DNA of 64,000 nucleotides. It comes from Tubulanus polymorphus. Lineage: Eukaryota; Animalia; Nemertea. Location: NCBI RefSeq assembly GCF_964204645.1, contig NC_134029.1, forward strand, positions 12,984,850-13,048,849. The letters are read 5' to 3'. Every line of letters begins with the position of its first letter. Position 1 is the stretch's first letter. The translations under genes and the position numbers were made by a program. The notes below the pieces were generated by a model that did no database searches, was not told where the DNA came from, and saw only the letters and a list, made by a program, of their open reading frames with translations. This document shows, piece by piece, positions 40,071 to 52,656 of the stretch.

Positions 40071-41650
40071 ATGAGATGAGCAATAATTCAAGTTGAATTA
40101 TCGGGAAGACGATATCAATGTTAATAACTTCACCAGCGCGCATTGTTACATTAACTTTATGATTGAGTTATATAATGAAAAAATTAATTATCAGCTGAGT
40201 TCATCGATATTTTCACTTTGTTTCTATGTTTATACAATCCAGAGATATGAACGAAATAAAAAAGAATTGAACGGGGAAAGAATAGGGACGAACAATTCAA
40301 CAATGTGGACCCGGCCGGTACCCAAAAAATGACACCTGGAAACTGTAAAAAGGCATATTATTGACATATTTGATCATATGGGCACCGGAGTAATCACCCC
40401 TAAGATAACTTAAGACATTTGAAATGATTGAAGAATAGAATAACTGTTCTAATCCCTTCGTTAGTTTGGGTTTTTCCCTTGGTAAAAATCCCCAATTCTT
40501 CAAAGTAGGTAAAAATCCCCCTTCTTCTGAATGTAGTGGAAGTATATACAATCTTAAGGTCAATTAATTCATATTATTGATACATATGTCTAATGTATTC
40601 ATATATTATACTGTGGAACACCATAAGGATATCATGAGCATACAAACTATAGTATAAACTATTTGAATTGAAACATACTACAAATTAACAGTTCATTAAT
40701 ACTAAAACTAGTACCGTTGTTATTAGTACGCAGTTATTTATCGCAGTTAATGAAAGGGTTCGTCGCACATTTCAAAACTATTTCAAATTGAAAGTTCATT
40801 ATTGCTTATAATTCATGGCATCGCACAGCTCAAATATACCAAAAGTTAACAAGAGTTCACAGTTCAAAAATATTCCAGTTCGTATAAAATAAAAGTTCAT
40901 TATTCTCATCAATTCTTACAATTTATTTTATTCTAAGAGTTTACTTAACAATTTATCCCAACGAAAGATTTCATTGCGCAGTTCAAACACATTTCAGTCT
41001 CATTGCAAATGAAAATTTCAAATCATTGAAAATTTCAAATATAAATATTGTTGTAAAACGTTTAATCTAATTCTAATAATATTGTTTGATCGAAAAGTGA
41101 ACTTTTACCAACATTCATGGTAAGGTATGGACGATTAAACATTGTGCATTTAACGGTGAACCGAAAAAATCGCCAAGGAAAAATGGCCAGAACAAAATGG
41201 CCAAGGTATTTGCCTAGGAAAAAATGGCCAAGGAAAAAATGGCCACGGAAAAAAACCAAGAAAGATTAAATAGAAAACTAACCATCATTTCATTGACTAA
41301 AAAGATATCAAATCCATTGATGTTTTGACATGACACTTTTTGAGATTATTAGACCTATTCCTGGATTAGTTTAGGTAAATTTATGATGAGCATATCTCAT
41401 TTCGATGTTATCAGACACTACACCAGTTTGCTATGTAAATTACCACACAATTTTGCATTAAACATGGCCAGTATGTACCATCAAAGACCATATCCCCAGA
41501 TGAATGGAATACAAAGGAAACAAATGGCAATTAAGCGCACTCATTAGACTGATAGCCTGACCTAGGCCTGACCAGGGAAGTGTGATGAGATCCTGGCCTG
41601 ACTAACAAGTATACCGAGCAATTTAGATAAGCGGCTATTGAGAGGTGGAA

Positions 41651-42832
41651 ACTCTTGATTTCTTAAAACGCAGATTACCATCACTTAACATTAACTTCGG
41701 CATTCCTACGGATTGTATCATCGACCTTATCTCTATTTGTACGACGGACTCCTTTTTTGAATTCAACAATTGTTTTTACGAGCAGACATTCGGTATCGCT
41801 ATGGGAAATCCTCTAAGTCCTATTCTAGCTAATTTATTCCTAGAACATGTTGAATCTGAAATATTGCCTCTTTACACTGATATTCACCCTAAAATCTGGC
41901 TCAGATATGTTGACGATGTTCTGGCTTTGGTTCCCTTTGACTTCAATGTTGATAACTTTCTTATATATTTAAACTCCCTTTACCCGTCTCTGGCTTTTAC
42001 GTATGAATGGGAATCTAATAGTAAAATACCTTTTCTGGATGTTTTGATTTTTAACTGTGGATCCTTTTTGAAATTCGCGGTTTATAGGAAACCTACCAAC
42101 GCTGAATCCTACCTCCATTACTTCTCTTTTACTTCTCCGGATATTAAACTCGGTTTAGCTCAAGGATTATTTCTTCGCGCTTTGAGAATTTGCGACCCCT
42201 CATTTCTACCCGATGAAATTCACCATATTAACCAATCTCTCAAAAAACTTGCCTACCCCGATTTCCTATTGAAAAAAGCTCTACTTAAAGCTCGTACTAC
42301 GCATTTTAGAAATAACAACCTTAGAACTCCTACGTTGGCTACCGATAAACAGCCTATCATTGTACCGTATGTACCTTTCCTCGAGAATTCTAAAGTTTCT
42401 CTTCGGTCACTAAATAAACAACTCATCTTTAAATACAATAATAAACTTAGTAACATATTGATTAACAACAAACCGAAAACCGAATCCCTAAACTGTGGAA
42501 TTTATAAAATACCTTGTAAAGTTTGCGACAAAGTATATATAGGAGAAACAGGTCGGAATCTTAATCAACGCATAAAAGAGCATAAATTAGATGTAAAAAA
42601 GTTTAAACCTGAAAGCGATGTTGCTAGTCATGTTTTTCAGACTTCACACAATTTTGATTTTGCTAATGCTGAATTAGTTTACCCTTGCAGCGATAAAACT
42701 AGAAGACATATTTTGGAATCTGCATTAATTATTGAAAATTCGAACAACGTTGTAAACCTTAACAATGGTTTTTCACCCCATAATAAACTTATATCAAAAT
42801 TCCTCTGTAAACTGGTTAAACTCAACACTTGA
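41651..42832 (+). pseudogene. 5'-truncated duplicate of the Penelope ORF (pseudo-LTR)
   Basis: Matches the C-terminal ~390 aa of the full ORF, differing at KKFKPESDV vs KNFKPESGV. Confidence 0.9.
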
Positions 42833-43141
42833 TTTCCCCTTTGATTATTTGTTATTTGTTCTCTCATCAATTTCGTCTCTGACTTAACTTGTATTCACCT
42901 TTCTTTTAATTTAAGTGCCCCCTAGTTTGTCTTTCTTTTTACTACTGACTTTAAGTTTCATTTATATTTATACTCACTATTGTTGTTTATAATCACCCCT
43001 TAGTTTGCTTCCCTTTAATCTATTTTAGCGTGTAACTGTTTCTACGTTAATTTTCCTTTAGTTTGTATCATCTCTGATTACTTGAATTAGTCTCTTTGTC
43101 CCTGGATTGTATATATATCTCATAATTTCTGTAGTATCTCA

Positions 43142-43187
43142 TTATTCCTGAAGATGACTATTAGGATATAGTCGAAACGTTGAATAA
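43142..43187 (+). ncRNA. Minimal type I hammerhead ribozyme
   Basis: ttattc CTGAAGA t gacta..tagtc GAAAC gtt gaataa: stems I and II pair; palindromic stem III (aacgtt). Confidence 0.9.
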
Positions 43188-43286
43188 ACTACTATCTCGA
43201 AGTTTCATTTTCGGACTTTTTATTATCATTGTGGGATTCTCTCCTCATCGCGTCAACACGGATATTGTGTTTTACCTATCGTGATC

Positions 43287-45689
43287 ATGCTACCCACGGA
43301 TCGAAATATCGTATTAAAATTCTTCTTCTTCACGTTCCCGTACCTCGTCGCTAGCTTCCGAAATTATGAGAAATGCTATATCAAATCCAGGACTGCTAAA
43401 AGTAAAGTCAAGTTCCTTCAGGAGTGTTATGCCGAAAAAGTGGTTCCGCGATCACTTTCTTGGATTTGGAAATACGACTCCAGCTCTGCGTTTCCACCCG
43501 AAGCTAACAAGCAACTCAAATTCGCTATAGATCGTGCTAAGGAAGACTGTAACTATCAGTTCTATAAATTCCGTCAATCTCAAAATTATTTGAAGTCACA
43601 CGTACCGGACCTATTCCTCTGGAAATCGCTCTCCACTATTGTTCAAGGCTCTGGAAAATATCATCAGCACAGAAAGTCCGTGGATCTTACCAACCAACTG
43701 AATAAACTCATTGATTCCAGCCCTTGGACTAGATTTAGCAACACCGAAAACATAGTAAATTTGTCTTCAACCACGTTATCTTCTACTCAGTGTCAACTTC
43801 TCGGCTACGGTTTGAATTTTTCTCTTCCTCATCAAGATAAACATGTTTTAGACTTTGTCACCCAATTGGAATATCGCAAATCATCTCCGAACAGTTTGGA
43901 CTATAACTTTATATTCATGAATCTACAGGCTATATGCGATCAACTCAACAGGAACCTTTTTGAATATCTACCTCGTCGATTTCGGCTCGCCCTCCAAGAA
44001 CTACGGAAGTTAAAGACTATTAAAATATCTAAGGCTGATAAAGGTGGCAAGATTGTGATTTTAGATCTGGATAATTATAATGTTAAAATGCAATCTCTCT
44101 TGGATAATCCTGGTGTTTATAAGAAACTTAAATCGAATCCTCTTCCTCGTATGCAAGCTAATTTCAACAGAAGTCTTTCGGATATTATTAAACGTTTCCC
44201 CTCCGCTAAAGAAACTCTGAATAAGTTCCATTCACGTCTTCCCTCTTTACCATATATCTATGGATTGCCTAAAATTCATAAAGATAATGTTCCACTGCGC
44301 CCTATAGTCTCCAATTGTAATTCTCCTACATACCGGTTATCTAAATTTCTCGCGAAACAGTTATCTCCGGTGCTCGGTTCGTTCTCTCCGTCGCACCTTC
44401 GCCATAATCAACACTTACTTGAACGTATTAAGAATATTATCCCTGGCAACGACAAATTTATATCATTTGATGTTACTTCCCTTTTTACCAATGTTCCTCT
44501 TGGACCTACTCTTGATTTCTTAAAACGCAGATTACCATCACTTAACATTAACTTCGGCATTCCTACGGATTGTATCATCGACCTTATCTCTATTTGTACG
44601 ACGGACTCCTTTTTTGAATTCAACAATTGTTTTTACGAGCAGACATTCGGTATCGCTATGGGAAATCCTCTAAGTCCTATTCTAGCTAATTTATTCCTAG
44701 AACATGTTGAATCTGAAATATTGCCTCTTTACACTGATATTCACCCTAAAATCTGGCTCAGATATGTTGACGATGTTCTGGCTTTGGTTCCCTTTGACTT
44801 CAATGTTGATAACTTTCTTATATATTTAAACTCCCTTTACCCGTCTCTGGCTTTTACGTATGAATGGGAATCTAATAGTAAAATACCTTTTCTGGATGTT
44901 TTGATTTTTAACTGTGGATCCTTTTTGAAATTCGCGGTTTATAGGAAACCTACCAACGCTGAATCCTACCTCCATTACTTCTCTTTTACTTCTCCGGATA
45001 TTAAACTCGGTTTAGCTCAAGGATTATTTCTTCGCGCTTTGAGAATTTGCGACCCCTCATTTCTACCCGATGAAATTCACCATATTAACCAATCTCTCAA
45101 AAAACTTGCCTACCCCGATTTCCTATTGAAAAAAGCTCTACTTAAAGCTCGTACTACGCATTTTAGAAATAACAACCTTAGAACTCCTACGTTGGCTACC
45201 GATAAACAGCCTATCATTGTACCGTATGTACCTTTCCTCGAGAATTCTAAAGTTTCTCTTCGGTCACTAAATAAACAACTCATCTTTAAATACAATAATA
45301 AACTTAGTAACATATTGATTAACAACAAACCGAAAACCGAATCCCTAAACTGTGGAATTTATAAAATACCTTGTAAAGTTTGCGACAAAGTATATATAGG
45401 AGAAACAGGTCGGAATCTTAATCAACGCATAAAAGAGCATAAATTAGATGTAAAAAACTTTAAACCTGAAAGCGGAGTTGCTAGTCATGTTTTTCAGACT
45501 TCACACAATTTTGATTTTGCTAATGCTGAATTAGTTTACCCTTGCAGCGATAAAACTAGAAGACATATTTTGGAATCTGCATTAATTATTGAAAATTCGA
45601 ACAACGTTGTAAACCTTAACAATGGTTTTTCACCCCATAATAAACTTATATCAAAATTCCTCTGTAAACTGGTTAAACTCAACACTTGA
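43287..45689 (+). CDS. Intact Penelope RT plus GIY-YIG endonuclease (~800 aa)
   Basis: KADKG, YGLPKIHK..PLRPIV, SFDVTSLFTNVP, GIAMGNPLSP, RYVDD, PFLDV, VYRKPT, GIYKIPC..C...YIGETGR..R..EH. Confidence 0.95.
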   Translation: MLPTDRNIVLKFFFFTFPYLVASFRNYEKCYIKSRTAKSKVKFLQECYAEKVVPRSLSWIWKYDSSSAFPPEANKQLKFAIDRAKEDCNYQFYKFRQSQNYLKSHVPDLFLWKSLSTIVQGSGKYHQHRKSVDLTNQLNKLIDSSPWTRFSNTENIVNLSSTTLSSTQCQLLGYGLNFSLPHQDKHVLDFVTQLEYRKSSPNSLDYNFIFMNLQAICDQLNRNLFEYLPRRFRLALQELRKLKTIKISKADKGGKIVILDLDNYNVKMQSLLDNPGVYKKLKSNPLPRMQANFNRSLSDIIKRFPSAKETLNKFHSRLPSLPYIYGLPKIHKDNVPLRPIVSNCNSPTYRLSKFLAKQLSPVLGSFSPSHLRHNQHLLERIKNIIPGNDKFISFDVTSLFTNVPLGPTLDFLKRRLPSLNINFGIPTDCIIDLISICTTDSFFEFNNCFYEQTFGIAMGNPLSPILANLFLEHVESEILPLYTDIHPKIWLRYVDDVLALVPFDFNVDNFLIYLNSLYPSLAFTYEWESNSKIPFLDVLIFNCGSFLKFAVYRKPTNAESYLHYFSFTSPDIKLGLAQGLFLRALRICDPSFLPDEIHHINQSLKKLAYPDFLLKKALLKARTTHFRNNNLRTPTLATDKQPIIVPYVPFLENSKVSLRSLNKQLIFKYNNKLSNILINNKPKTESLNCGIYKIPCKVCDKVYIGETGRNLNQRIKEHKLDVKNFKPESGVASHVFQTSHNFDFANAELVYPCSDKTRRHILESALIIENSNNVVNLNNGFSPHNKLISKFLCKLVKLNT

Positions 45690-45998
45690 TTTCCCCTTTG
45701 ATTATTTGTTATTTGTTCTCTCATCAATTTCGTCTCTGACTTAACTTGTATTCACCTTTCTTTTAATTTAAGTGCCCCCTAGTTTGTCTTTCTTTTTACT
45801 ACTGACTTTAAGTTTCATTTATATTTATACTCACTATTGTTGTTTATAATCACCCCTTAGTTTGCTTCCCTTTAATCTATTTTAGCGTGTAACTGTTTCT
45901 ACGTTAATTTTCCTTTAGTTTGTATCATCTCTGATTACTTGAATTAGTCTCTTTGTCCCTGGATTGTATATATATCTCATAATTTCTGTAGTATCTCA

Positions 45999-46044
45999 TT
46001 ATTCCTGAAGATGACTATTAGGATATAGTCGAAACGTTGAATAA
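45999..46044 (+). ncRNA. Second copy of the hammerhead ribozyme
   Basis: Identical to 43142-43187. Confidence 0.9.
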
Positions 46045-46899
46045 ACTACTATCTCGAAGTTTCATTTTCGGACTTTTTATTATCATTGTGGGATTCTCTC
46101 CTCATCGCGTCAACACGGATATTGTGTTTTACCTATCGTGAGAGGTGGAAAACTACTACTAGTTTATTCTTTAAATTATATTGTGTACACTGTATTGCCA
46201 TAGATATAATAATACTTTTGTCATAATAATACTTATTAAGTCGAATTTCGACATAATAAGTCGAAATTGTGAATTATCTCTTATGTCATCTAGGGGCTTC
46301 CGTATGAAAGCGTTCATCTCACATATCGAATATATTACACTAGCTTGAATCTAAAATATTTCAAATTAAAAGATCATTATTTCTTACAATGCATGGTATT
46401 GCACAGCTTCAAATATACCATAAGATAACAAAAACGTTCATAGTTAAAAAAAAATTCCGGTTCTAATTTTAAGATATTAGAAATAAAAAGTTCATTATTA
46501 AAGTTCAAAAGTTCATTATTATTAAATCAATTCTAGCAATTAATTTGATTGTAACAATTTACTTAAGAATTGATCATAACGAAAGATTTCATTGCAGAGT
46601 TCAAACATATTGCATTCTTATTGCAAATGAATAAAGTTTGAGAAACATTTTGCTTTGAAATGTTCTTGAAAATCACCAAAATCACCAAGTGGGGATGTTT
46701 ACCTACTTTGAATATTTGGGGATTTTTACCTGGGGTATTTTTTATTACCCAGGGGAATTTTTCCACATTCGGACCAATCGAGATCAGACATTTCGCATGT
46801 GTGAAGGCTTGGTCCTGTCCAAATTGGACCGATCTAAATGTGTGAACGCGCTTCTGATGAAGTTACTACATGAAGTTACTACATACAGTGCCTTGCCAA

Positions 46900-47150
46900 A
46901 CACTAATTAATTACTTACTCACTCACCAATTTAGTCAATTAACCTGTTCTCCTCTGTATATATACCCCTTTTTTAGTCTATATCTCACACATGCCGATGA
47001 TCTCTAGTGTGAGATCAAAACGTCGTGTATTTTATATATTTTAGATTGTTCTAATAAATAAATTCTTGAATTTAAAATCTTTTAATCTGTAGATAGTGGG
47101 TTTTTATCTTATTATCCGTTCACCACGTTTGTGTGTGGTTATCGTTCTAT
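46900..47150 (+). mobile_element. Old PLE 3'-end fragment with a decayed hammerhead; related inverted fragment at ~60543-60735
   Basis: acac atgccgatgatctc..gagatc aaaacgtc gtgt (core mutated). The tail gtgggtttttat...gtgtggttat is reverse-complement similar to 60543-60655. Confidence 0.55.
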
Positions 47151-48124
47151 TAAGTTACTTCATATTAATAGTAAAAGCTCATTCGTGAAATAAACACGTT
47201 GACCTATTAAGTAACATTTGTATTGTTGTATTAAGGAAATAAGCCTACAACTTACGAAATAAGATGTTCATATTGCTAACCATGCTAACAATACCTCTGG
47301 TTAAAATAAACCAAAGATAATATAATCACATAAGTGCATGTCATCATATCTAATAACTTTTCTAGTCAAAATTTATGAGCAAAATTCTATCCATGTAGCA
47401 GAAACAAGTTTTCATACTTACAATGATTCGAAGTCTATTTTCGGAAATCTTCGCTGTCCCTGGACAAAACTTCTCAGCGCAGGAAAGGTATGTTGTGTCG
47501 TGATGGGTTCTCGTTTCTTCCATACAAAAACTCTTCGCATATATGCCAGAGTCCACGTCTTTTTTGAATTTTTGTATATTCCATATTCACAGATCGTCGT
47601 GAAGCAATATGCAGCACCCGATATATGGGCATTTTTTAATTAGCATCCCCTAAACTAATTATGAGTAGAAGACAAACTAACATTGTTGTCTTCCTAGGGA
47701 TACGGTGAATGTAATTTATACGTCAATTTTCCCCCAATTCATCGGTTACTTGGATATTGTCTCGAATTAAATTAGATGCTAATAATTCTTCCCCTAATAA
47801 CACTACACTAAACCTGTAAAATTGTATATACAATGCCAATACATGGAATTCTTAAAACTATATATAAAATTTTCAACTTCGCTTACATTTGGTACTTATA
47901 ATCTAAATAAACATTAGAAAGATGAAATGATGAATTATCAACATTAGAAAGAGAATAATTTCGTGGATGATTAAAGATCTTTGCTATTGCAAATGTTTAT
48001 AGGCCATTAGTCACTAATTATTTATTGAAAACTGGATGAAATTCCGAAATTCCTTTATAAAGATCATTAATGAATTCTTGTATTTTCATGTTGTGCACAT
48101 TCAGCGATAGACAGTAGGATGCTG

Positions 48125-48730
48125 AAAATAATGACAATAATTGTCATTTATAAAGCGCAAGTATCCTTTGACAGTTCAAATGCGCTTTCCGAGAGTTAAT
48201 GGTATGCTGCATGGAACAAAATTGTTTTGAGATGGGTCTTGAAGCTATTGAGGTCGAGAGATAACCATCTAGATAGTTCGTGAGAGTTCCAAAGTGACGG
48301 AGCGTGAACAGAGAACGCTATGGATCCAAATGTTGACAAGTTATAACGACGTTCGAGAAGTCGATGCTGCTGAGCCGAACGGAGGTTTCTGGACGGTTTG
48401 TAGGTGGTTAATAGTTCACAGAGATAGTCATGAGCTTGGTGGGTGAGTGATTTGTAGGTAAGCAACAGAACTTAGAAGTCGATCCTAGCTGAAACAGGGA
48501 GCCAATGTAGTTGCACAAGGATTGGCGTGATATGGTCGGAGCGAGGTGTTCTGCATATCAAACGAGCACAGGAGTTCTGTAAGCGCTGAAGTTTGTTGAC
48601 ATTTGAACTACTAACACCAGCAACGAGACTATTACAATAATCCAGCCGAGATATGACCAGGGCCTGAATAAGCGATTTGGCTGTCGATTGTGTTGACTCC
48701 GCACTGACGCTATGTTTCGCAGATGGTAAT
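48125..48730 (-). mobile_element. L2-clade LINE 3' fragment
   Basis: LIQALVISRLDYCNS...LQRLQNSCARLI...HITPIL..LHWLPV..RI, AFSVHAPSLWNS, FKTHLKT, plus an L2-type 3' tail. Confidence 0.88.
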
Positions 48731-48734
48731 AGAA

Positions 48735-49075
48735 AATGAACAACATGAAAATACAAGAACTAGAAAAAGCATGACATGAAAATACAAGAATGGAAAGTTC
48801 AAGAACTGGAAAATGCCGGATGAAAACATGCATCACACTTTGCAGGAACTGGAATATTCAGGAAATTCCAACATTTTCCAGTTCCTGTATTTTCCAGTAA
48901 AAGGTATTTCTTGTATATACCACTCTTGAATGTTTATTTTGTAATCCAGTGTGTACGTTCCTACATTTTCCAGTTCTTGTTTTATCAGGTTGTGCCGTTT
49001 CAAGTATTTTCTTATAGTGGATTATTCGGATGTTTTCATTGTAGGAATATTCCCTTACATTCATTCTCACTTGTA
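48735..49075. repeat. Fold-back element built from inverted sub-repeats (Mutator-like MITE)
   Basis: aaaatacaagaact(g/a)gaaaa repeats on the left mirrored by ttttccagttc(c/t)tgt repeats on the right. Confidence 0.55.
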
Positions 49076-49079
49076 CCAA

Positions 49080-49215
49080 ATCCAGATGATAAATAATATA
49101 AAATTAAAAACGTATTGAAAATAAAAACGTTGCGTAGTAAGAAATATTCTTTGGTGAAATAGAAAGGGTATGATGGAAAATTTAATGACTGGATCTTATC
49201 AAATAAAATTTAAAA
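49080..49215 (+). pseudogene. C-terminal chromodomain of the Polinton integrase
   Basis: YKIKNVLKIK....KYSLVK*KGYDGKFNDWI matches the chromodomain pattern Y.IE.VL...LVKWKGY...NSW. Confidence 0.75.
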
Positions 49216-49503
49216 AATAAATAAATAATAAAGATATATTTATATTTGAACCACATAATAAGTTAGTAACTGGAGTAACAAATTGTGGTAAGACACATTT
49301 CATATAAGATTTATTACAAACTGTTTATAAGAATCATTTTGATAATATAATATTATTCTGTCCTACTTATGAAATGAAAAAAAACATATAATAGGGATAA
49401 AGTTTTAAAAGATAAAAAGCTTATTACATTAGATCCTAAATCTGTAAATAATTTAGATAATTGTATGAAAATAGCAATTGATATTTATTAAAGTTCAAAT
49501 ACA

Positions 49504-51180
49504 TTATTAGCATTGGTTGACGTCTATGACGTCATGCCAATGCTAGTAAAATGGATCGAAAATAGTAGTACGAAAAAATAGCGCCGACTCTTCTCATTTT
49601 CATAGTAACTTCAAATTGTCACTCCGTTCACGTAAAACATTAGAAACAGATGAAAATGACTAAAAAGAATGTTTCAATTATTCCCCACAACATAGCGTCG
49701 CCAGATTTCTGATTTAATGGTCCAAAAAGTTATTCGATCGCATTTTTCTCGTTCATTATCTGGTAGATGAGAGTAGGTTAAACAATCGCGAAGCGATATG
49801 TCCGCATTGACATTGGCAGTAAAGAATGGGGAACAGCCTCTTCTGAATAGAAAAACATAACATTATGTACCTCCGGTTTATAAATATCACAGTGTTTGGA
49901 TATCACTGTTATTCCAACTATCAGTATCCATTGGATTATTTGGGATTAATTCTCAGCGTCAGAATACGTATTTCTAGAGCAGTGGAACGGCAGCCAACTC
50001 GTGACTGAAACCCGTATGTGATCGTGCGGGAACGCCTTTACTAAAGTTAAAACCATTTCATGATGACACGAAACATCGAACGGTAAACGGTAGGCTTCCA
50101 CCATGATACGATATCACCAATAAAGATAGATCATTTCAATTTTACCAGTCGGAGTTGTTTATTGGAGGAATATATCATTGTTAAGTACGCCGAGAACAAC
50201 CATGTTGTATGATCAATCAGTTGACTGACATTGTAAAATTCGATTCGGCTATATTCTAATATAAGTTTTTTCTTTTTAGGACGCCCTACCCGCCTGCTGC
50301 GCACTCATAAGGCGGTAGCACCCTCTTATGCACTCGGCAGAGATTCGCTTTGTAATGCGCGCCGGGAAAAATACCTTTTATTATCTTTTCCATGCGTCTA
50401 ACAACAGTGATTGAATTTACGCGTTGTTTGTCGTAAATTGCAATATTGCGGTGGTTATTTGCCGCTGCTGTAGTGTTTTGGAATTGAATTGAGCGGCCTC
50501 GGTAGCTCAGTGAGATAAGGCGTGATGCTGTTGAATCCACTATCATTGCTGAGTTACAAGTGGGTTCGAAGGCCGTACCGTCGTGAGGTTAAATGAACAA
50601 TCCAATAGGAATAGTCTTGGGAAACCAAGATCCAAACGACGTACGTAAAGCCAACAAACAAAAAGACAAACAAACAATCATCAGCCGGCCTCAGTGACAC
50701 CAACGCCGGCATCGCTCTCTGCGATGTTTTGCATGCGTACATGCATCAGAGCTTGGAGCTCTAAGATCACAGGGTCTTGCAATTGCATTCAGAAAAAAAT
50801 CGTTCTGTTTTTGTTTTCATTATTCAGTGGGGCCTAACAGTTCATGCGTAAAAATGGGTTTTTGTATCCAAATCTTGATTGATACAATGTATAAATATCT
50901 TGGCTGGGACATGATGGAAAACATCAGAATAAACTAGTTTCGTCTTTTTAACAGAATCGCATTAATGAGGTTTAACAGTACAAATAGCCTAGGCTAAATC
51001 GTTCGGCAGAAAATAAATTCATTTTCAGGAATAAAATCGTACTAGACAAATAGACCTTTAAGTCTGTGGTCCTCCCAATCAACATCGTCATAGAAGATTT
51101 GCCGGCAGATGTAAAACATTATAACCACTTAATACCACAGTATAATCTACCAATGCTTCAAGGCCCATGGGCCTCTTGTT
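49504..51180 (+). mobile_element. Helentron-associated non-autonomous element (HINE-like)
   Basis: 5' hairpin tagcattgg-ttgacgtc-tat-gacgtcatg-ccaatgcta. The 3' subterminal repeat ccaatgct is followed by palindrome aggcccatgggcct and cttgtt. It sits inside the ATPase. Confidence 0.75.
50495..50677 (+). mobile_element. tRNA-derived SINE
   Basis: A box ggtagctcagtgag, B box gggttcgaa, (AAAC)-rich tail. Confidence 0.7.
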
Positions 51181-52656
51181 CATATAGATGATATACATGA
51201 TATTTTTTTTATATAGATGATTGTGCCAATTTACATGATTCAAAGGTTAGAGCAAGTGAGTTATGTTACTTAGCTTTCTCGGGGAGACATTTTGGGATTA
51301 CAACTTGGGTTTTGAATCAAAAATATAATTGGATTGTTTAAGACCTTAGGGAGAATATAAGATTTTTATTTTTATTTTATAACAAAGATAAAAAATTTAT
51401 GCAACCAGCTTTAGAGGAAAAGCAAATAATACCTACTGATTTACATGATACAATTATGAATACATTTAAAAATAATAAAGGTTCTAAATTACTTCTGAGG
51501 CTTCAATTTCCATATAAATATAAATCAATTAAATAAAATTTGAAATATTAACATTTGAAATATCAAAATTTGAAACTATTTATATATCTATGTACTAGCC
51601 GTACGTAAGAATTCTTCCAAGATTCTTCCAAGATTCTTACCCAGATTCTGACGTATATCTAGTACATAGATATATAAATAGTTTTAAAATAATTATTCCC
51701 AATATGAATTATATTAAAACTATTTTCAAATGTTTATAGTTTACGTTTCAATAGGTTACAAAATTATATCAAAATTATATTTCTAATTAATTTTAAACAT
51801 AATCAATTTACATTATTTTCTAAAATATCATATAATATATTCTTCCAAGAATTCTTCCAAGATTATTACGTACGTCTAGTATATAGATATATAAATAGTT
51901 TTATGATAATTATTCTAATTTTGTTTCTAATAAATTTATAAAATCAACTTTGTTTATATCTAATTCATCATAATTCTTAGGTAGATTGTTTCTAGAATTA
52001 TCTAAATTACAAATATTACAATGTTTTTTAGAATTATCAATTATTTCATTATCTGCTATATTATTATCATTAGTTTTAATTGTATTAACATTATTTATTA
52101 CATTATATGTTATATTATTATCTGTTATATAATTATCATTAGCTTTAATTGCATTAATATTATCTTTTAAATTATCTATTATATCATTATCTGATATATT
52201 ATTATCATTAGTTTCAATTATATTATCATAATTTTTCTTTCTTTCTCTACACGTTTCTTTGATCTCTTATGTGATGCCCAATTTTTATATGATATATATT
52301 TCTTACATATATCACAATATTTTGGATTATAATAATCTTTTTTTTTGTTTCAATATCATATATAGAGGGTATATTATAAGATTTAGAGATAGAATATTAT
52401 CTTCTATTTTAGATTCAATATTATTATTATCTTCTATTCTATATTCAATTTTATTAGTATCTCCTATTTTAGTTTCAATTTCATCCTCTATTTTAGTTTC
52501 AATATTCTTTTCTATTCTAGGTATTCTATATTCTATATTTCTAATTGATTATAGAATTCTCCAAAATACTCACTATATTTTTCTATTTCTGTAAGTTTCT
52601 ATTTCATACATTCAACCTTCCATTTATTATATAAATTTTTATTAAAGATGATTTTA

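Larger units (their letters stand above)
41651..46141 (+). mobile_element. Young Penelope (Poseidon-type) element: 5'-truncated copy plus full 2857-bp unit in tandem
   Basis: 41651-43284 repeats at +2857 with near identity; flanked by TSD tgagaggtggaaa (41639-41651 and 46139-46151). Confidence 0.95.
49225..51525 (+). pseudogene. Polinton A32-like packaging ATPase, interrupted by a HINE
   Basis: Walker A LVTGVTNCGKT, then IILFCPT. After the insertion: Walker B YIDDC, SGRH, VLNQKY..LREN. Confidence 0.9.

Noticed and set aside
50495-50575. tRNA gene
   Set aside because: A and B boxes are present but there is no cloverleaf, and it is followed by a SINE body and simple-repeat tail.
52259-52594. 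Hydrophobic 111-aa plus-strand ORF
   Set aside because: Antisense shadow of a low-complexity E/N/I/K-rich decayed minus-strand Polinton gene.
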